A stretch of DNA of 51,888 bases from Octopus bimaculoides (taxonomy: Eukaryota), in assembly GCF_001194135.2 (NCBI RefSeq), contig NC_068991.1, positions 53,338,459 to 53,390,346 of the forward strand. The letters run 5' to 3'. Below are positions 45,540 through 51,888 of the stretch, piece after piece. The notes below the pieces were generated by a model. It worked only from the letters and a program-made list of their open reading frames with translations. It was not told where the DNA came from and made no database searches. Both the position numbers and the translations under genes were made by a program. Numbering within the stretch: the stretch's first letter is position 1; the number at the start of each line of letters is the position of its first letter.

Positions 45540-46189
45540 CCTCTCCCTCTCTCCATATGTATATTTCTACTCGTGTGCATATATGTGTTTCTCTCCAATA
45601 CCAAATGTAATGTTGCTAAAACAGGTTGAATATCAAAAGACACCCATGCCAAATTGTCAGCATGTGCACTGTTCTTATTCTGATGCAAATGGCTGATGGT
45701 ATGAAGCATGTGTAAGATATGGGCATTGAAGTTGGAAGAAAGTGAAGGAGAACAATCATTTGGATATGTGATGTTATTTTGCATGACAGCCAGAACACAA
45801 ATGAACTTAAGAAGACTAAGGAAAATGTGTAAAGAAGTGATGTGATTAGATTATAGAACACTGGGCTTTACAGACAAGTTGAAACAAGATTAAAACAAGT
45901 AGAGACTGAGTTTTTACACTCATACAACTATGGAAAACTTATGTTAAAATAATACTAAAACAGAAGAAATATTTTTGTCCCTACTCACTTCTACACTTCT
46001 ACTCACCTCATATCTTGAGGGACTGCCTGGACACCCCATCACCATGCTTCATTTCTTTGGAGATGCTACTGATTCATTTTCAGTCTCTCCTCTAAATCTG
46101 AGTAACAATGTAGTTCCTTACTCTGCTCCATCCCTTTCTCTCATACTTTAATCCCTCATCTCTTTGCATGAAGACCCCCACAATCTCTC

Positions 46190-46410
46190 TAGGGTGTTGT
46201 AGTCTTGTGGGCTGCATAGCAACCTCACTAGTGCCAGTGGCAAGAAACAAAGCACCCAGTTCACATTGTAAAATTGTTGGCATTAGGAAGAGCATCCAGC
46301 TGTAGAAACTGTACTGAAGCAGACATTGGAGCACAATGCAGTCCTGGGACCCATCAGACCGTTCAGCCCTTGCCAGCATGGAACATGGAAAATTAAATGA
46401 TGATGATGAT
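46190..46410 (+). mobile_element. RTE LINE 3' UTR fragment with (GAT)n tail, 80 bp upstream of the LNX acceptor
   Basis: ggcattaggaagagcatccagctgtagaaa...tgccagcatggaacatggaaaattaaatgatgatgatgat. Related fragments at ~33920-34120(-), 35955-36200(-), 44900-45120(-). Confidence 0.8.
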
Positions 46411-46490
46411 GTATTTTGGTGAAAATATTCTACTCACCTAATATATTTCATTATGTTTCATGTATAATTATTCTCATTTTTTTCTTTTAG

Positions 46491-46583
46491 ATTGCTAGAT
46501 AAATTATTGGTTGTTTGTCCCAATGTGGATTACTGTGAAGATGTATTGCCCCGCTCAGAACTTGAAGCTCATCTTTTGCACAG
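46491..46583 (+). CDS. LNX2: LNX1/2-like second coding exon (post-RING zinc-finger region)
   Basis: Polypyrimidine tract plus ttttag acceptor ending 46490; 93-nt exon (R)LLDKLLVVCPNVDYCEDVLPRSELEAHLLH(R), matching LNX2 LLDKLLVLCP...CxDVMQRCDLEAHL; donor AG|GTTAGT at 46583/46584. Phase 2 joins correctly to 19324 (ag+a = Arg). Intron 19325-46490 is 27166 bp. Confidence 0.92.
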
Positions 46584-47999
46584 GTTAGTTTTTGGTTTTA
46601 TGCATTTCATTTATATTCTTTTATTTTTCTATTTCCTCACATACAATTTATGTGCAGACATGGCCATGTGGTTTAGAAGTTCACTTTGCAACCACAAGGC
46701 TTCAGGTTCAGTCCCACAGCATGGCATCTTGGTCAAGTATCTTATTCTAAAGCCTTGAGTTAATCAGTACCTCCTCGTAAGTGAAATTTGTTGGACTGAA
46801 ACTGTATGGAAGCCCACCATGTGTGTGTGTATATTTGTCCTCATGTCTCTTCACAATGATACCACTTGGGCAGCAGTACCATTTACCAATGTCTGTTGGT
46901 TTGCTATCAAGAACATCCAATCATAAAAAATTGCCTCAAAGTGTCTTATTCAACCCATGGTAAAAGTGGACATAAAAATGAAATAAAACAATTCTTTTAT
47001 TCGATTTTAGTCATCAGTCTGTGGTTATACTCTACTAGGGGTACTGCTTTCAACGGTTTTATTCAATCGTATTTTACCACAGTATGTACTTGAGTCTGGT
47101 ACATTATTTATTTTTATTTAGTAAAAGGCTCAGTTGTTTGCAATGTAAAGGAATGTAGCTTGGTATGCTAATTTAAAGGTCTGCCCAGAGATATAGCATA
47201 AGACTTCCACTAGGTGCCATGCAGAGAGACTGAACCCAAAACCATGTGGTCAGGAAGCAAAATTCATACCATACAGCCAATAGTATAAATGATTTAAGTT
47301 AGTGGTTCCCAGCGTGGCGCCAGTCTAATGATTGAAACAAGTAACAGAGGTAACAGAAGCCAAAATAATTAAAAAAAAAAAAAAAAAAGCTAACAGTGTT
47401 TATATCAAAATATTTAAAAGAAATAAATGCTTCATAACTATGTGGTTTTAAGTTCAAATTCACTATGCAATACCTTAGACAAATGCCTTCATTTAACTTT
47501 TATCTTTTGCTTGTTTCACTCATTAGATTACAACCATGCTGGGACACCACCTTGAAGAATTTTAGTCAGATAAATCGACACCAGTACTTATTTTCATCAT
47601 TTTTTTAAAACCTGGTATTTACTCTATTGGTCGCTTTTGCCAAACCACTAAGTTACAGGGACATAAACACACCAACACTAGTTATCAAGTGGTGGTGGAG
47701 GACAAACATAGATGCAAAAACACACAAAGACCTCTCAGCTGAGGGAGGGAACTTAGGGAAGTGGCTGTGGTTAGAGTATAATATAGAGACAGGGATGGTT
47801 GTTTTACTACAGAGGGATGCTTGGTTACCTCAGTAGGATGGAAGAGGAAGATGGGGCGAGAGAATTAGAGAAAGATACAAAGACAGTCATAGTGAGAGAA
47901 CGAGAAACAGATGGTATTGGAGATGTTCCATAAGAGTGTGAGGGGAGATGTTTAGAGATGGGAAAGACTTGACTGTAGACATCTCCCTCTATTCCTTCT

Positions 48000-48560
48000 G
48001 TACTATGTTTGCAATTAGCATTCCTCTCTGCAACAAATTGTTGAAGAAATTACTTTGGTTAATTTTGTTTATGTCATCTTCAAAATAGGAAAATACTTTA
48101 CTTTTTGAGATATATTCCAAAACAGCTTTGGGATCATATTAGCAATATAGTCCTTCTGGTATATTCAGAAATTGATTTACTAAATATAGCATGCTTAGAA
48201 ACGGGCTGTAATTATTTTTAGGTAGGAGTAGATTTCATGGAAGCTCTTGTAACATATTCGAACTACTTCTTTATTATGAGAAATAATGATGATGTTGATC
48301 ATTATTTAACATTATGTTCCATGTTGGAATGGTTGGATGGTTGTTCTATTCTTAATTTTATTATTCATAAAATTTCTACAGGAATCCAAATTGATTTGAT
48401 GGAAATCATGAAGCTGTACCTTCTATTTTCTTCGGAAAAAGGAATGGTTTTTGAACCAGTGATATGAGTAATGTGTTTAAAATGTTCAAGGCAAAGGGAA
48501 ATCACAGAAGGATAGAATTACAAAGCAGAAAAAAGTTGTTTCCGTTATTTAGTGATGGTA
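48000..48560 (-). mobile_element. Possible very old CR1/L2-type RT relic
   Basis: Weak reverse-strand fragments FCDF, HWFKNHSFFRRK*KV, LYLVNQFL, YFEDDI in the expected order. Confidence 0.25.
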
Positions 48561-49669
48561 GCAAATGACATTTAGGTAGGTTTTGGTGAGGATTAAGACA
48601 GGGTTTAGCAAATTCAGTTGGTGGGGTGAGATTTTGCAGTGGAAGAGAAAAGAAAAGAAAAAATGTAAATTAGTGGAAAGAAATGAAAAAAGAAGAAGAA
48701 AAAAAAAAGAAGCATTAACAGTAAGGGGAAGCGGGTTGAAAAATCACTTAAATAGATTTATCTGATTTGAGTGAAAGATTGTAGCGATTGAAGTTGACAT
48801 GTATTTCAGATAGTCATATCATCATATGCTTGATCAAATTACTTAATTATCAATTAGCGATAAAATTATTTTGGAGTGGTTATAAGCTCTTATACAAACA
48901 TATACTTCATTGATGAGTTATCAGTTTTCAACTGAAATTATCATCTCAAATGTCTCTAATTAACCAAAATACTAGGAGCAATATCAGGAAATTCTTAAAA
49001 AAGAAATACTACCATATATTTAAATTAAAGAGTAGGGAAGTGATACCTACCTAATTTGTTTTGAGCCAGGTTTTTAAGTGTTCAGGTGTGTAGCAGTATC
49101 TGGAGAATGGGAGTAGGATGTGGCTGTGATGCTACCTTTATGGGTATGTGTATGCATTTTGTGCAGGTCTGGGTAGGCTGTGTTAACAAGAGCTTAAAAA
49201 GTAAAAGTACTTAAAAAGTGTGTGGGAGGACTGTTCCTTATGATATGTTGAGTGGATTTGGCAAACGGAAACTGAAAGAAGCCTAATGTGTATATATAAT
49301 AATAATAATGATAACTCTTTCTACTAAAGGTACAAGGCTTGAAATTTGTGGGAGGGGACTGATAGATTATATCGACTCCAATGTTTCACTGGTTCTTAAT
49401 TTATCAACTCGAAAAGATGAAAAGTGAAGTGACCTCACCGGAATTTGAACTCAAAACAAGAAGACAGAAGAAATGCTGCTATGCATTTTGCTTGGCATGC
49501 TAACAATTCTGTCTGCTCACTGCCTTCGTATAATAATAATAATGATAATAATTATCGTGTATATATATATTTATATATATATATAATATATATATATTCT
49601 CTGTGCAGTGCTGTTGCACATCAGCAAATAGACTACACTATTTGCATATACACCACAAATCAGTGATCA

Positions 49670-50603
49670 CAATTTGTTCCGAGGTAACTTGAGTACACAA
49701 TGCTGTAAAGCAAGAGTTGTATTGAAGAAGCACATCATGCCACTGGTCAGGTTGTTTCAGCTGGATATCCTCACTGAGCTAGTGTGTTTGCTGAATGTAA
49801 AGTTATACATTGATTATGTAGTTGTTTTCAGGCATTTGTTAGTGAATTAATCCTTCCCAGTCCCACCAAACACAGACCATTGTCTTGCATAAATACTGTT
49901 CTGGCTTTGTTCAAGGTGTTTCTTGATTGTTGTGACTCAACCATTCTTTCTTCTGCTTCATATTGCCATAAGGATACCGTTTTTCTTTACTGGTAATAAT
50001 GAGGTGAAAAAATCTGTGTTTATGAGTAACTCAGTGTTGAGTGAGCAAACTGGCTGCAATAAAGGAACATTGGAGCTTTCTCTTTCATCAGGAGCACGTG
50101 GTACTCATGTACTGAGTTTTTGGACCTTACCCATCAAATGAAGCTGGTGGATAATGGCATCATAGGAGCATCTCATCTGCTGGGCCAATTCCATAATGGA
50201 TTGGTGTGGATCTTCATGGATGAGTTTGTTCAATCAATCCTCATTGAACTACACAGGTTGACCGGAACACACAGCCTGTGAATTTGTATCTGCCCCTACT
50301 TGAAGTATGAAAAACAGCACTTTTGCTGTACATCGCACAAATGTCTTGAGTAGCTTTGGCAGTTTTGGAACCTTGTTTGAAAGTTAACAGAAGCATGTGT
50401 CAAAAGTGCACCCTTTTTTTCTACTTGCTACTCCATTGTCATATGTTTCAAAAGAGGTAAAATTTATTCAAATTGTGAAAGCAGTGGAGGAAGAATAGAG
50501 CTACAACACATCCCCTGCCTTAAACCAGTATGATGAAGATATTTTTCCTGTTAATTCAAATAACATAGGAAAGAAATGATTGGATTTATCAGACAATCCA
50601 ATA
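49670..50603 (-). mobile_element. Decayed mariner transposon, 5' two-thirds
   Basis: TIR ...cagacaatccaata ending 50603; VHF*HMLLLTFKQGSKTAKATQDICAMY; EDPHQSIMELAQQM...GKVQKLST*VPR (WVP motif with W changed to stop); WEGLIH. Confidence 0.78.
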
Positions 50604-51756
50604 CTTTGCTTGGAAACAGGTGAGGGTGGGCAACAGGAAGAACGTTTTGCTATTGAAAATCTGTCTCAATGAATTCCATCCAAACCATGAAGCATAGAAG
50701 CATACATATTAAAATGATGATGATACACACACACATGTACATATATAAAAACAACTTTTGTCATATATCTTCCCTATTTCTCTTTTTGCCAAAATGTTTT
50801 CTCTGCTGTGAAATAAATCTATATTATAATCCTGCTTGTTTGTTTGTTCTTTAGTTTGTTAAAGAGAGAAGGAGAGTTTGTGTGAGAGAAAGGGAGGGGA
50901 ATTGCATGAGATAGCAGATACCTGTTTCCCACTAACCACACCGTCACTCATGTGGTTAGTTGAAGTCAGAGGTGAAGAGAAAGAGAGAAATGTTATCAAT
51001 GTGAAGAGGGGATTAACTGGTTAAGAAGTTTGTTGAAGTAAGAAGTAGAGAGAAAGGGAGTGAGAGAAATATGAAATGTTTAGCAGAGGGAAATTTTAAA
51101 ATCATATAATATATTACTGTGCCCGGAAGTGAGATAATTTAACAAAATAGCCGTGGATGTTATTTTTATTTAATTTGCAACGGAATTAAAATTAATCATG
51201 CAAATAAAAACATTGTGCATATTCTCTATATCATTTTGTTTACATTAATTGTATATAATGTAATGTAATTATGATAAGGTATTGCGTAATAAGGAATGTG
51301 CAATTAGATATTGATCTTGCAGTTTCGATAGAATTAAATACTAATGAATGATATGTGTATTGAGTATTGTATAGATTGTTATTGTATATCTTTTAAATCA
51401 TTTATTGCACAGGCAACAATAAGATTTATATGCAATAAAAATGCAAATCATCCTTTCTTTCTTAAATAGCTCCTCTTTACTTTCATTCTGTGGAATTTCC
51501 ACAGGTTCTGGTAGTAATATATAATTAATAAACCTTTAGACGCTTTGTACTGAGGAGATTCAGTCAAATCGAAATGACAGCTATATACAAATATTAAAGA
51601 CTTTGTAGTTGAATTGAAAGGAAAACAAAAAAAAAAAAGAAAGAAATTGAATTAAATGCATAAAGGCTATATACTTTACATTTACTTCCTGTTGAAATAT
51701 ATATATATATATACATACATCTCTCGCTCTGTCTTTGTCTCTCTCTTTCTCTCTCT

Positions 51757-51888
51757 CCCTCCTTGTCTCTCTCTCCCTCCTTGTCTCTCTCTCCCTCCTT
51801 GTCTCTCTCACCCTCCTTGTCTCTCTCTCTCTCTCTCCCCTTGTCTCTCTCACCCTCCTTGTCTCTCTCACCCTCCTTGTCTCTCTCT
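51757..51888. repeat. Minisatellite, ~18-bp unit CCCTCCTTGTCTCTCTCT
   Basis: About 7 copies running to the window end. Confidence 0.93.

Overview
AT-rich eukaryotic genomic DNA with many microsatellites and eight N-gaps. The SINE/LINE repertoire and (AT)n/(CA)n/(GAT)n density point to an octopus genome, probably an O. bimaculoides-type short-read scaffold (inference). One host gene is clear: the 5' part of a Ligand-of-Numb-X (LNX1/2-like) RING E3 ligase on the + strand. It has a probable promoter and non-coding exon near 12.5-12.65 kb, a RING exon ending at 19324, a 27.2-kb phase-2 intron and a 93-nt exon at 46491-46583; the PDZ exons must lie beyond the window. The rest is mostly transposon material: about 20 tRNA/CORE-type SINE copies, RTE-clade LINE pieces (one young, with YADD and a PHD-type finger), two Penelope-like RT/GIY-YIG relics, two mariner relics plus a mariner deletion derivative, hAT- and piggyBac-type MITEs, a Helitron RepHel relic, a non-autonomous Helitron and an Academ-like XPG/PIN transposase relic. 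Best leads: a candidate alternative first exon in intron 2 that would splice in frame to give a RING-less LNX; an intact three-finger C2H2 ORF with a LINE-like tail; a foldback centred on inverted telomeric repeats; an in-frame low-complexity expansion inside a Penelope endonuclease; and a 248-bp exact copy pasted into a SINE. All homology calls come from motif recognition by eye; no searches were run.
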